Shown: positions 1 through 12,108 of the stretch, one piece after another
Position numbering within the stretch: position 1 is the first letter of the stretch
Layout: the number at the start of each line of letters is the position of its first letter
Source: Vermamoeba vermiformis
Taxonomy: Eukaryota
NCBI GenBank assembly: GCA_045837725.1
Contig: JBEWZL010000217.1
Span: forward strand, 62,001 to 97,822
Direction: 5' to 3'
DNA: 35,822 nucleotides
Notes under the pieces: generated by a model
What the model was told of the DNA's origin: nothing
Seen by the model: only the letters and a program-made list of their open reading frames with translations
The model's database searches: none
Position numbers and translations under genes: made by a program

Positions 1-798
1 TCAGAATATGTTCGAATGGGAGCAATCCCAGGAACACTTAAGAGATCTCTACGAGAAGAATAAGAAAGCATATTTTGGCACAATGTCAGTACTTCGTTGT
101 TGCTTATTATAAACTCAATATTAACCCTTTGATTTATAGTCGCGTGAAAGCCGCTGCAATAGTCGCTGCGTTTACTACCGCTTGTGCTGGCGCCGGATTT
201 ATACCAATGTGAGTCCTATCCCACATGACATGAGAAATTCTGACGTGTTGACAGTCCTTTCGTTGACACGGCCATAGTTATTCCGCTACACGTCGGCATG
301 CTCGGTGCTATAAGTAGATTGTTTGGCATTAAGGCTCCTCGCAGAGTTCTTGCCAATATTGCAAGTAAGTCCGCCTATCAACTATTTTTTTCTCTTACTT
401 AAATGTTTTACAGACGGTCTTTGGACTGGTGCTGTCGCCAATGCACCGGCGCTAGTGTCTAAAGCGCTTTTTTTTGGCGTAGAACTCTTAAAGTTCATTC
501 CGGTCGTGAACATTGTAGCTATGGCTGGCGCTGCAGGTGAGTTGACATTCGGATCTAACTGCCATTAGTAGCGTATTATTGACATGTATTAGGCATTCAT
601 GCATTTGCCACTTCGGTTACAGGTGCCTCGTTTACAGCGATGCTGTATAAAAGGGCTCTGAAAGGTACGCTCTCGGAGATTAGCCTCAACAACGAAAAGA
701 AGATCCTCGAGAAATTAATTAAATTAAAGAAGAAAAATCTCGGACACATATACAGCACAAACGAAGAGAAGGATAATGAGATTATGGAGTTCAAGTAG
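1..798 (+). CDS. 3' part of a multi-exon gene for a DUF697/YcjF-like hydrophobic-helix protein (often C-terminal to a GTPase); 5' end lies outside the window
   Basis: Exons at about 140-208, 254-364, 414-536 and 592-798 with GT..AG introns splice to ...AAIVAAFTTACAGAGFIPIPFVDTAIVIPLHVGMLGAISRLFG...ELLKFIPVVNIVA...EIMEFK*, stop TAG at 796-798. The 'G.IP.P..D......M...I..LFG' and 'LLK.IP' patterns recall DUF697 (from memory of the family). Confidence 0.65.
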
Positions 799-1157
799 AT
801 TTTGACCTTGATTTAGCTTGTTACAAGCTCGGATCGACGGTATAAATCAAATTTTCGGCATATTTTTCGCATTTTGTACACGCCCACTAAAATCGTGGCT
901 ATTTTTCCGCTGATTGCTCGAATTCGTGTTCTTCGCGTAGTTCACAGAACTAATTTCACAGAAAATTCAAAGAAGCTCCACCGAACTAAGTCAACACTAT
1001 TGCGTACCATGACGCCAATTCTCATTCGCCAATTAAATCGCAGAATGAGTTTCGCCAAATCACGTGATGAGATTAATCTCGATAAAATTTTTATTACGAA
1101 CATCTTTTTTCATTCCATCTAAAATAATAACAAGATCAACACCAATAATTGTTTCTT

Positions 1158-2681
1158 ATGTACCCACTAATAAAGAAAAGATCGGTCAGTCTTACTGCCG
1201 AAAAGCAAGCCAGTGAGAAAAAACGGAAAATAATGCTGGAAGCAGATGTAAGTAATATTAATTGTAATTATTCGGTTCAATACTTATAATTATGTTTGTA
1301 AATAGCTGATATCAATAGATCTTCCAACAGAGATATGGAGGCACGTATTTAGCTATTTGGACTTGCAAGATCTCACCAGGTAATTTTTAGAATATAACGA
1401 TAATTATTTTTTAAGACATAAGTGTCGATCGGTAGAACTTCACACAAAAATACTTTCAGAAATTTAGCAAAATTTTTATTTGTTCGGGGATCTCAAAACG
1501 GACAAATTTCTAACCTTTACGATTATTAGGCTCCAATTCGTGTCCAAATTATTCTACAAGAACGCGTTTAAGAACATTACCTCGTTTAACTTATCAGCAG
1601 TACCTGAACTGAAGCGCCATCTGACGAAGGAAAAAATGGATCAAATATTCTTCCGCCTATCCAACTTTAGTTTGAATGGAATTAATACGAGCATTACGAG
1701 CTTCGTATTAACGCATTCAATAGCCGAAAACTCTCACTTTGAACACATCAGCAGACTAGCCAACTTGACCCACATAAATTTAGCAATGTCTAGTCACATC
1801 AGCGATGGAGTATTGCCTTATTTGGCGAAGCTAACAAATCTCAAGGAGTTAGTGCTTAATAACATATTGATTAATGGCAACGGACTCGAGAATTTGAAAC
1901 ATTTTCAGCATCTGAAGTACTTGAACGTCAGATCCCACGGCGATGTCTTAGACGCACTGCCATTAATACCAAATTTGGAAGAACTATTCCTGACTCACTC
2001 GGTATCACCTAGCAAGTTGAAAAACTTCGGCAAGTTAGCTGCATTGACCAATCTAAAAGCGCTCAGCATTCCACCGAAATTTAACTACGATCAATTGCAA
2101 GTAATAGGTGAGCAAGTGTAAAGGATATTTAATAATGTTACAATTACACGCCTTCGGTATTGAAGTGCCGTTCGTTATAAATTAGTGATGTTCGATTGAA
2201 GTATTAATTTTATTTTTAAGGCGAATTAACGACGCTTAAATCACTCAAATTGCAGACTGGTATCTTCGAGAACTTAGAGCCCCTACGCAAATTGACTAAT
2301 TTGGAAAACCTCTCGTTGACTTCGTGCAAGTTCTTCAAGAACAACCATAGCCAATTTTTTCCAAATATGGAGCACTTGACGCGATTGGAGATCATCATGT
2401 GTCCTTCACTGAAAAGCGAGGGAATGCAAAAATTCAGTGAGCTGCCTAATTTGAAATGTTTGCAGCTGTCTTATTTGCCTCTGCAACCATTTTCATTTGT
2501 GACTTCGTTCACGAACCTCAACGCGCTCTCATTGGTTGGTTTTCAATTGTCTGACGAAGATGTTAATTCTCTGTTAAGCGTACATTCGCTCGTTAGTATC
2601 CAGCTATTCAAATGCAACTCGTTGCACGATCGGACGCTACAAAACTTGAACGACGTCGATAAGAAAGTCGTTTGCCTATAA
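1158..2681 (+). CDS. F-box/leucine-rich-repeat (FBXL-like) protein, 4 exons
   Basis: ATG 1158 gives MYPLIKKRS...KKRKIMLEAD. After an intron (~1248-1305) comes the F-box LPTEIWRHVFSYLDLQDLTR|LQFVSKLF, split by an intron at ~1380-1529. LRRs follow (LANLTHINLAM, LTNLKELVLNN, LTNLENLSLTSC) with one more intron at ~2110-2220. Stop TAA ends at 2681. Confidence 0.9.
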
Positions 2682-3487
2682 TAAAGGTATTGTCGTCGAT
2701 AAATGGCCTGCGTTTTTTGATCAAATTTCTGTGTAAACCAAAAATCTGTGTCTAATCTAAGATCTTCGACAGAGAACGACAAGGGTTGAATTTTGTAGAT
2801 GCTCTCGCTATCAATTTCTGTTGTATTTGCAATCAAGGTAAGAAACGTTGAAATACCTGCCCAAGTACGATTCCTCCAAGGAATTTGGTTTGACTCGAGG
2901 CGATCAGATCAGTTTTGAAACATTACAACAATTTTTTAATTTTAATTAATGCAAGATTCGTGATTAACGCATAATTGGATAGTATATTCACGAGCAATTT
3001 ATGTGATGCTTAATTTTTGAAATATTATTCGAATTTCGAGTATGAAATTTGCAACATTTGTCTTTCCTTCTTTATGGCGCAGATATCCAAATCGTGCCAA
3101 CATAATTTGTCCGTACAATATATAAATTCTCTAATGAATTAAATGTAGAATCTTCAAGATTCCCTTTACAACATTCTGCTTCGATCTAGCCAGGAGTGCG
3201 GACCGAATGCCTAAACAACAGGCTGGTGATGCTTTTCGGAGCTAGTTTAAGGACGTTAGGAGGCTCGACAATGAAGTTAAGATCTTCTGGACCAGATTAG
3301 CTCGCTACAAAAAAAGAACGAAAGACCGCAAGCATTGGTAAGTTTCGCAATCTAACGATCTTCAATTTATGAAATTAACCCGAGGTATAAAACGATACAA
3401 ACTCTACGCTTAAAATGGATCTAACACGTGTTTTGTGAACGTTTAAGCGGCCAAGAATATAAACTATACTGCATAAAAGCAAAGTCG

Positions 3488-3553
3488 TTGATTCAATACT
3501 CATTATTACTTTTACGTTCAGATTGAAAGCCACAGAAGATCAATTTTAGCGTT
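3488..3553 (+). promoter_or_regulatory. Conserved upstream element shared by the three paralogs (other copies ~6292-6356 and ~8884-8946)
   Basis: TTGATTCAATA.TCATT(ATT)ACTTTTACGT..AGATTGA.AGCCACAGAAGATCAATTTTA lies just upstream of each ATG, while the DNA further upstream of paralog 1 has diverged. Confidence 0.6.
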
Positions 3554-3556
3554 CAA

Positions 3557-5808
3557 ATGTTCTCGCCTGTCTCGAAGCGTCTCTCTTGTGCCTTCGTGCT
3601 TTTGCTTTGTCTTGTTGGACTGGCAACCGCCTTTTTTCAAGGTAACTTACAAGCATTTATAGATTTAGTAGTACCCTTTGTTAGCAATCGGATTCCATCA
3701 ACGCATCCGAATTAAAATCTCGCTATTGAATTCTGTCACTAAACACATAAATTTCAATTAATTTAAATCGGTTAAATGCATCCAATCGAATTAAACAATA
3801 CTATTTATACAACCGACTATAGCTCCAAGTTTTTATCAAATAATTGCAATTCGTTTCTGAAGTTGATTTATATTTTGTAGGAAGCAGCACTTGTGGTATT
3901 CAAATTCACCGTGCTAGCGGTAATGTTGTTTGGTGCGAAACACAAGGTTCAGCTCTTGCTGGCAAAAACGTCACGATCTATGTTGCTTCTATGAATGCCA
4001 CCAACAATCGCGTAGCCATTTACAGCGCTACCACGACTGGTATTTTTACGGCTGGCACATCTACTGAAGCTACGGTAAGTAAAGATTTAAACTACTTCAT
4101 TAACTAACCGACTAACCTAGCCCTATCTCGATACGACTAGTGGCCAAATTATGATCGTAGTCTCGTCTTCGATCTCTTCAGGCATAGCTATCCCATTGGC
4201 TACTGTTTCTAATGGTGTGCAAATCTTGCGCGGCTCTATCCAAGATGTGAAGAATTGGACCACAGTGTACTGGAACGCAACTGCCACTGAAGCGATTAAA
4301 ACCGCATCCTGGGTCAATGGCGTGTTCCTCTTTGCGGTAAGCACGGCTACAATATGAAATAGTGCCAATCAATGTTTGACACGTGTCATTCAGACCACCA
4401 CTGGTGATAACCTCGCCAAGAATATCTCTTACAAAGCTTTTGCTCCAAGCGATAACAATGGATTCTCATTCGTTGAGATCTTCCCTTACTCTACTACTCT
4501 CGAAACTGACGTTCATGCTTGGGCTATGGACGGAACAGCAAGGTACGAATGAGCTGATGAATGAAACTTTAACTAACGCGTGTGCCGATTGTAATTAGAT
4601 TGTGCTTGTCATTGACGACCGATAACCAAAGCTCTATTGTTTGCAGAAGTTTGGCCAATGCAAGCGCCGAATTGGTTATTCACTCCGACTCAAGCTCGTT
4701 AACGTAAGTCCGCTCCACAAGAAGTCAAGCGAGGTCGTTTTAACACGTCTCACTGATCAGGTTCGCCGTGCTCGTGTCAGACAACAACGGTCGAATCTTC
4801 TGGGGTGAAGTCAACGGCACAACTTCATGGAGAGTTTGGGCTGCCCACTCTGACAAAACTGATGTTCCCGCCGTAATTGATCGCACTACAAGTACGTCAA
4901 TGAATGCACACGTAATCGATGTTAAGCTAACTTTTGTCCTTTTTAGATACTACCTACGTCAATCTCATGGGAGCGGTTGGTGGTGCCATTGCCTTTGGCT
5001 ATGACAGCTACAATAAGCTCGTGTACTGGACCGAACAGATCCCTGTAGTACCCTTGCCCTCTCCTAGCGACTACAGCTTCGCCGTGTTTGGCTGGGACGG
5101 AAAGACTAACGCTGTTGTCACGTACTTTGCCGCTGCTAACACCTCCACGTCTGTCGGTCAAGTCTGCACATACAATGGTACGTTATTTGCTTAGTTTAAT
5201 CACTGTCAAAGGCAATTACGGTTGTTAGTTGAGCATTAATCTAATGTAGTCCTCTCCTAGGTCAAATGATGCTCACATCGACAATTGGCGCTGGTGGTAA
5301 CGTTCAAACCCCTTCGAACACCACTCGTCGCTTGTACCACACTTCACCCTCATCTTCTGACGCACCCGCTTCAGTCCTCTTGTTCACTCACATCTTCCAA
5401 GACGTTGCCGCTTCTTTGTCTCTCGTGTGCGATGTCAAGACTGGCTGGGCAGTAGCTGCATTCTCAGACCTCGCTGGTCAAATCGGCTCCGACATTTCAG
5501 CCATTCGCATTGACAACACCACAAGTGTGCCTGTTCAATTCAGTGCTGATGTCAACATCACTCTTGGTTACTCAGTGACTCTCACTGATGGTGTGGTTGG
5601 ATACACTCTTGGCAACACAGTGCTTGGTATCTACGACTTGTTGTTCTACACCTTGCCAGTCGATTCTGAAGTCGTTGGTGTTCCTTCCAACTCGCCTTCA
5701 AGTCCCAATACCACCCCGAACGCACCTGTTAAAGGACCATCCGTCTCGTTCGCCAATCAAATCGTTCCTTTCATTTACGTCGCATCTTTCGCTTATTTGT
5801 TCTTCTAA
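3557..5808 (+). CDS. Secreted, probably GPI-anchored beta-rich surface glycoprotein, paralog 1 of 3 (YWTD-like propeller motifs)
   Basis: Signal peptide MFSPVSKRLSCAFVLLLCLVGLATAFFQ and about 8 exons. Motifs include RIFWGE and IAFGYDSYNKLVYWTEQ, with many N-x-S/T sequons. An S/P/N/T linker precedes the hydrophobic C-terminus SFANQIVPFIYVASFAYLFF*. Confidence 0.8.
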
Positions 5809-6372
5809 GCGATAAAAGCACTGCCAGTAAACGCTTGTTAAATTGTTTGTTATTCACGTTCTCCAACAACGCAACACCAACCAGCAAAAACATAAACACC
5901 TTTCATCGTCATGTACTATTCTTTATCAGATTTCAGTGGCGCGGGTGGACAAGTAAGTGTATTTTTAATATAAATTTTTTTATTGCTTTCATTAAACAAA
6001 AGCATTTTTAAAAAATATAATTGAAATGGCCCTACCGTTTGCCCGATAAATTGCACCTTATGGATGCAAATTAATTTCGCTAATGTAATGAAAATTAAAA
6101 CATCTGATCACCAGATCAAACACGAAAACTATTCTTGTGACGTGTAATTACCAGCATGATACTACGGAGCTTGACCACGAGCACGCTTGCCTTTTGGTGG
6201 TTAGTAGTAGTCATTAACTATTTATGGCGTAATTATTTTGTCTGCCGCCTTCCGGCCAAGCCTAAAAATACTGAATTATCAAATTATAACTTTGATTCAA
6301 TATTCATTATTACTTTTACGTTTAGATTGATAGCCACAGAAGATCAATTTTAACGTCATTCTCATGTTGCAA

Positions 6373-8696
6373 ATGTTCTTGACCGCCTCCAAGCGTCTCT
6401 CTTGTGCCCTCGTGCTTTTGCTTTGTCTTGTTGGCCTGACAACCGCCTTTTTTCAAGGTAAATTACGCGCATATTTAGATTAAGGGCTTTATCTATTATA
6501 TCAACGCTTGCGGCGGTATAATTTGAACGGCGAGCTGTTTTGCCGATAGTATACAAAGTTCGGTGGCTAACAAATTGAACCAATCGTATACTTTGATCGC
6601 CTAATAATAATAATTTACATTTATTTAATTAAAATAAGAATCAACCACTAAAATGATATTTTCCTGATCCATAAATAGGATCCGTTGGTTACTAATCATA
6701 CATATGTAGGAACCAGCACCTGTGGTATTCAAATCCACCGCGCAAGCGGCAAAGTTCTTTGGTGCGAAACTCAGACCACTGGTTCGATAATCGATCTGAC
6801 AAGCAATGTCACGATCTACGTTGCTTCAATGAATAATACCAGTGACCGCGTTGCTATTTTTACACATACTTCGGCGAGCTCTATGATGACAGGCGGTACA
6901 AGTACCACTGCAGTGGTAAGGATTCGAAATTTTAATTGTGCCGATAAATAACTAAGATTTTCAATTAGCCTTCTCTGGAAACCACGAGCGGTCAAATAAT
7001 GATCTCAATCTCCACTTCGACCTCAGTCAGTTTCCCTCTTCCATCAAAAACTTCCGATGGCTTCCAAATCGTCAGCGGATCTATCCAAGATGTTAATAAC
7101 TGGACCACCGTGTACACGAACACAACTGCCACGGAACTGATACAATCTCAAACTTGGGTCAACGGCGTGTTCCTCTTTGCGGTAAGCAAGGCTACAATAT
7201 GAAATAGTGCCAATCAACGTTTGACACGTGTCATTTTCAGACCACCACTGGTGATAACCTCACCAAGAATATCTCCTACAAGGCTTTTGTTCCCAACAAT
7301 AACAATGGATTCTCATTCGTTGAGATCTTCCCTTACTCCACAACTCTTCAATCCTCTGTTAAGACCTGGGTGATGGACGGTACTTCGCGGTATGTACCGG
7401 CACATAACGCGTCATTGCAACGGAGTTTGACGCATGAAATTTCACTTTTAATAGGTTGTGCTTGTCAATCACTGATGACCAAAGCTACATCGTTTGCAGA
7501 AGCTTAACCAATGCTAGCACAGAATTGGTTGTTCACTCTGACTCGAACTCTGTTACGTAAGTTCGCGCGTGACTATCATTGGTGGATCTTGACACCTTAC
7601 TGCCACATATTTTAATCTTAAGTGGTGCTGATTAATCATACCACTGTTGCCTTAACTCACTTAACTCTATTCAGGTTCCCTGTGCTCGTGTCGGACAACA
7701 ACGGTCGAATCTTCTGGGGTGAAGTCAACGGCACGACTTCATGGAGAGTTTGGGCAGCCCACTCTGACAAAACTGATGTTCCCACCGTCATTGATCGCAC
7801 TACAAGTACGTCAATGAATGCACACGTAAATGAAGTCAAACTAATTATTGTATTTAGACACGACCTACGTTGACATCACGGGAATGTCTTCCTCGGCTAT
7901 CGCCTTTGGCTATGACAGCTACAATAAGCTCGTGTACTGGACCGAACAGATTCCGCTGGGCACTGCGAACAATACTTTTGCCGTGTATGGATGGGACGGC
8001 ACGTCAAACTCAGTTGTTACTTACTTCATGGCTGACAATTCACTCAACACTTGGGGTCAAATGTGTGCTTACAACGGTAAGATCTTGGCGTATGATTCAT
8101 GCAAGACTCAGCTCTGATGTCAAATTATTTCCAGGCAAATTGTTACTGGTAACTTCTGCCGCTGCTGGAGGTGTTACAGCGATCCCGACGGTCGCAACTT
8201 GTATCAAACTGCGCCCTCTTCCAGCACTCCCGACTCAACCCTCTTGTTCACTCGCACCTTCCTAGACACTGCATCTTCGTTGTCTCTCGTGTGCGATGTC
8301 AAAACTGGCTGGGCAGTGGCTGCATTCTCAGATCTCGCTGGTCAGATCGGTTCCGACATTTCAGCCCTTCGCATTGACAACACCACAAGTGTGGCTGTTC
8401 AGTTCAGTGCTGATGTCAACATCACTCTTGGTTACTCAGTGACCCTCACTGATGGTGTGGTTGGCTACACTCTCGGCAACACAGTGCTTGGTATCTACGA
8501 CTTGTTGTTTTACACCTTGCCAGTCGATTCTGAAGTCGTTGGTGCTCCTTCCAACTCGCCTGCCAGCAGTGACTCACCTCTCAGCTCCAACCCCAATACG
8601 AACACACCTGTCAAAGTTCCATCGGGCAAGGTGTCATTCGCCAATCAAATCGTTCCGCTCATTTACCTTGCCTCTTTCGCTTATTTGTTCTTCTAA
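6373..8696 (+). pseudogene. Paralog 2 of the surface-protein family, frameshifted in the last exon (pseudogene, truncated allele or assembly error)
   Basis: Same exon structure, with signal peptide MFLTASKRLSCALVLLLCLVGLTTAFFQ. At 8190-8191 'GG' replaces the 12 nt TGCAAACACCAC seen in paralog 3, a net loss of 10 nt. This shifts the frame to a stop at 8263-8265, while the homologous tail continues in another frame to 8696. Confidence 0.75.
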
Positions 8697-8961
8697 GCAC
8701 TGCCAGTAAACGCTTAAATTTTTCATTGGATGTAAGTGATTTTGTTATTATTTATTTATCAAAAGATCAATTACGAAATAATTCTTTAAGATCCGCGTGC
8801 TATTTTTGGCGTAATTATTTTGTCCTTGTCAACCCTACCTGTCATGCCAAGCTTAAAAATACTGAATTATCAAAATTTCAACTTTGATTCAATATTCATT
8901 ACTTTTACGTGCAGATTGACAGCCACAGAAGATCAATTTTAGCGTTGATTTCACGTTGCAA

Positions 8962-11340
8962 ATGTTTTCGACTGTCTCGCGTCTCTCTTGTGCCCTCGTG
9001 CTTTTGCTTTGTCTTGTTGGATTGGCAACCGCCTATTTTCAAGGTAAATTACGCGCATATTTAGATTAAGCGCTTCACGCATATTAACGCTTGCATATAA
9101 TTTGAACGGCAAGTGTTTTTCCGGTTGGTATACAGTTTGGTGGCACACCGAATTGAACCACTAGTATTCCGTAACATCGTATTCCGTACTCGTCTAACAA
9201 AAAACGCTAGAATTAATCATTTATTTTAAATTCAATTAAAAAAAAGAATCAACCGCAAAATATTTTTCCTGATCCATAAATAGGCTCCGTTGGTAACTAA
9301 TTATGAATGTATAGGAAGCAGCACCTGTGGTATTCAAACCCACCGCGCAAGCGGCAAAGTTCTTTGGTGCGAAACTCAGACCACTGGTTCGGCAATGGAC
9401 ATGACAACCAACCTCACGATCTATGTTGCTTCGATGAATAATACTAGCGACCGTGTTGCTATTTTTACACATACTTCAACAAGTTCTATAATGACGGGTG
9501 GTACAAGCACCACTGCAGTGGTAAGGATTTGAAATTTTTAATAGTTGCTGCCGATAAACGTATTAAAAGGAAGATTGAATTAGCCTTCTCTTGAAACCAC
9601 GAGTGGCAGAATAATGCTCTCAATCTCGTCGTCGACCTCAGCAGGAATGTTCCCTGTGCCAGGAATGTCTTCCAGTAATGGCTTCCAAATCTTGAGCGGA
9701 TCTATCCAAGATCTGAATACTTGGACCACCGTGTACACGAACACAACTGCCACGGAACTGATACAATCTCAAACTTGGGTCAATGGCGTGTTCCTCTTTG
9801 CGGTAAGCGATGTTACTGTATGAATTAATGCCTATCAATGTTTGACACGCGTCATTTTCAGACCACCATTGGTAATAGCCTCCTCCCGGCCAAGAATATC
9901 TCCTACAAAGCTTTTGTTCCCAACAATAACAATGGATTCTCATTCGTTGAGATCTTCCCTTACTCCACAACTCTTCAAACCTCTGTTAAGACTTGGGTGA
10001 TGGACGGTACTTCGCGGTATGTACTTGACACGCCATGGCAACAAAATCCGAGACTGACGCATGAAATTTCACTTTTAATAGGTTGTGCTTGTCAATCACT
10101 GATGACCAAAGCTACATCGTTTGCAGAAGCTTGACAAACACGAGTACCGAATTGGTTGTTCACTCTGACTCGAACTCTGTTACGTAAGTTCGCGCGTGAC
10201 TATCATTGGTGGATCTTGACACCATCATATGTTTTAATCTCAAGTGGTGCTGATTCATCATACCACTGTTGCCTTAACTCACTTAACTCTATTCAGGTTC
10301 CCTGTGCTCGTATCAGACGACAACGGTCGAATCTTCTGGGGTGAAGTCAACGGCACGACTTCATGGAGAGTTTGGGCAGCCCACTCTGACAAGACTGATG
10401 TTCCCACCGTCATTGATCGCACTACAAGTACGTCGAAGCTTACACACGTAAATGAAGTCAAACTAATTATTGTATTTAGACACGACCTACGTTGACATCA
10501 CGGGAATGTCTTCGCCAGCTATTGCCTTTGGCTATGACAGCTTCAACAAGCTCGTGTACTGGACCGAACAGATTCCGCTGGGCACTGCGAACAATACTTT
10601 TGCCGTGTATGGATGGGACGGCACGTCAAACTCAGTTGTTACTTACTTCACGGCTGACAATTCACTCAACACTTGGGGTCAAATGTGTGCTTACAACGGT
10701 AAGATCTTGGCGTATGATTCATGCAGAACTCCGCTCTAATATCAAACTGTTCCTAGGCAAATTGTTACTGGTAACTTCTGCCGCTGCTGGAGGTGTTACA
10801 GCGATCCCGACTGCAAACACCACTCGCAACTTGTATCAAACTGCGCCCTCTTCCAGCACTCCTGACTCAACCCTCTTGCTCACTCACATCTTCCAAGACA
10901 CTGCGTCTTCGTTGTCTCTCGTGTGCGATGTCAAAACTGGCTGGGCAGTGGCTGCATTCTTCGACATCGCTGGTCAGATCGGTTCCGCCGTAGCAGCCAT
11001 TCGCATTGACAACACCACAAGTGTGCCTATTCATTTCAGCACTGATGTCAACATCACTCTTGGTTACTCAGTGGCACTCACTGATGGTGTGGTTGGATAC
11101 ACTCTTGGCAACACAGTGCTTGGTATCTACGACTTGTTGTTCTACACCTTGCCAGTTGACTCTGAAGTCGTTGGTGCTCCTTCCAACTCGCCTGCCAGCA
11201 GTGACTCACCTGTCAGCTCCAGCCCCAACGCCAACCCTAACACGAACACACCTGTCAAAGTTCCGTCGGGCAAGGTCTCGTTCGCCAATCAAATCGTTCC
11301 GCTCATTTACGTTGCCTCTTTCGCGTATTTGTTCTTCTAA
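8962..11340 (+). CDS. Paralog 3 of the secreted, probably GPI-anchored surface-protein family
   Basis: Signal peptide MFSTVSRLSCALVLLLCLVGLATAYFQ. Exons are collinear with paralogs 1 and 2. The last exon is open to ...KVSFANQIVPLIYVASFAYLFF* at 11340. Confidence 0.82.
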
Positions 11341-11668
11341 GCGATAATAAAGCTCACACACGTTGTGACTGATTAATGTAAATCTTCTGCTCAGTAAATT
11401 ACAATAGCTAAGTGTAATGGAATTCACTTCGTACTGGGAAGAACCGACCAAGGGAATCCGGTTACTTCGATGATGCTTCCCCATTACATCGAAACCGATC
11501 AAATCTCTTTTAAGCGGAATTGAATGGCTTGTATTTAAGAAAGTGAAAGTGTGGCCGAGCCACCTGGTGTTATTTAAATAAAATTTCAATTTTAAATAAA
11601 AAAATTATTTATTCATTGTTGTAAGAACTATTAATGATACTTGTTTATTTATATATATAATAACCATG

Positions 11669-11875
11669 CTAAGGTCTTTTGTAGTACTGCATGTAAGAGA
11701 AATGCTCGGGAAGCGGGATGTTGTTTTTTGTACACAATTCCAACACTTCGAGACCATTCGTAGCGCGTGTTTCAGTTGTGCCATCGCTGTAGGTAAAAAC
11801 AGCAGAATTATGCTTGCAAGGATAGGTTTCCAAGCACGGACTTTTTTCTTTAATTGAGATCAGGGTCTTCGACAT
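11669..11875 (-). CDS. Small intronless hypothetical protein (68 aa) with a C-L-E-T-Y-P-C-K-H motif
   Basis: ATG-initiated ORF flanked by AT-rich DNA: MSKTLISIKEKSPCLETYPCKH...LELCTKNNIPLPEHFSYM. The composition is protein-like. Confidence 0.6.
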   Translation of the reverse strand: MSKTLISIKEKSPCLETYPCKHNSAVFTYSDGTTETRATNGLEVLELCTKNNIPLPEHFSYMQYYKRP

Positions 11876-12108
11876 TTCAATTCGTTCTATTGCTCTTATT
11901 TGTGGGTTTCATTTTATAAATTAATGCCAGTGGCGCGTTTTATGTTTTCCTCGGTGTCGGAAAGAGCACAAATTTTTGTCAACGAAATCACACCAAAATC
12001 TTAAGAATGCATAGGTAATTCTGCTATCAATATATAGGTGTAGGTTACAATAATTATCATGACAAGAAGTACTTCTTTAATATTAGCAAATAATTTATTC
12101 GAGCTGCT

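Noticed and set aside
2700-3480. Isolated splice-donor-like sites (~2838, ~3338) and a GC-richer patch at ~3170-3340
   Set aside because: The patch has in-frame stops and no coherent gene model.
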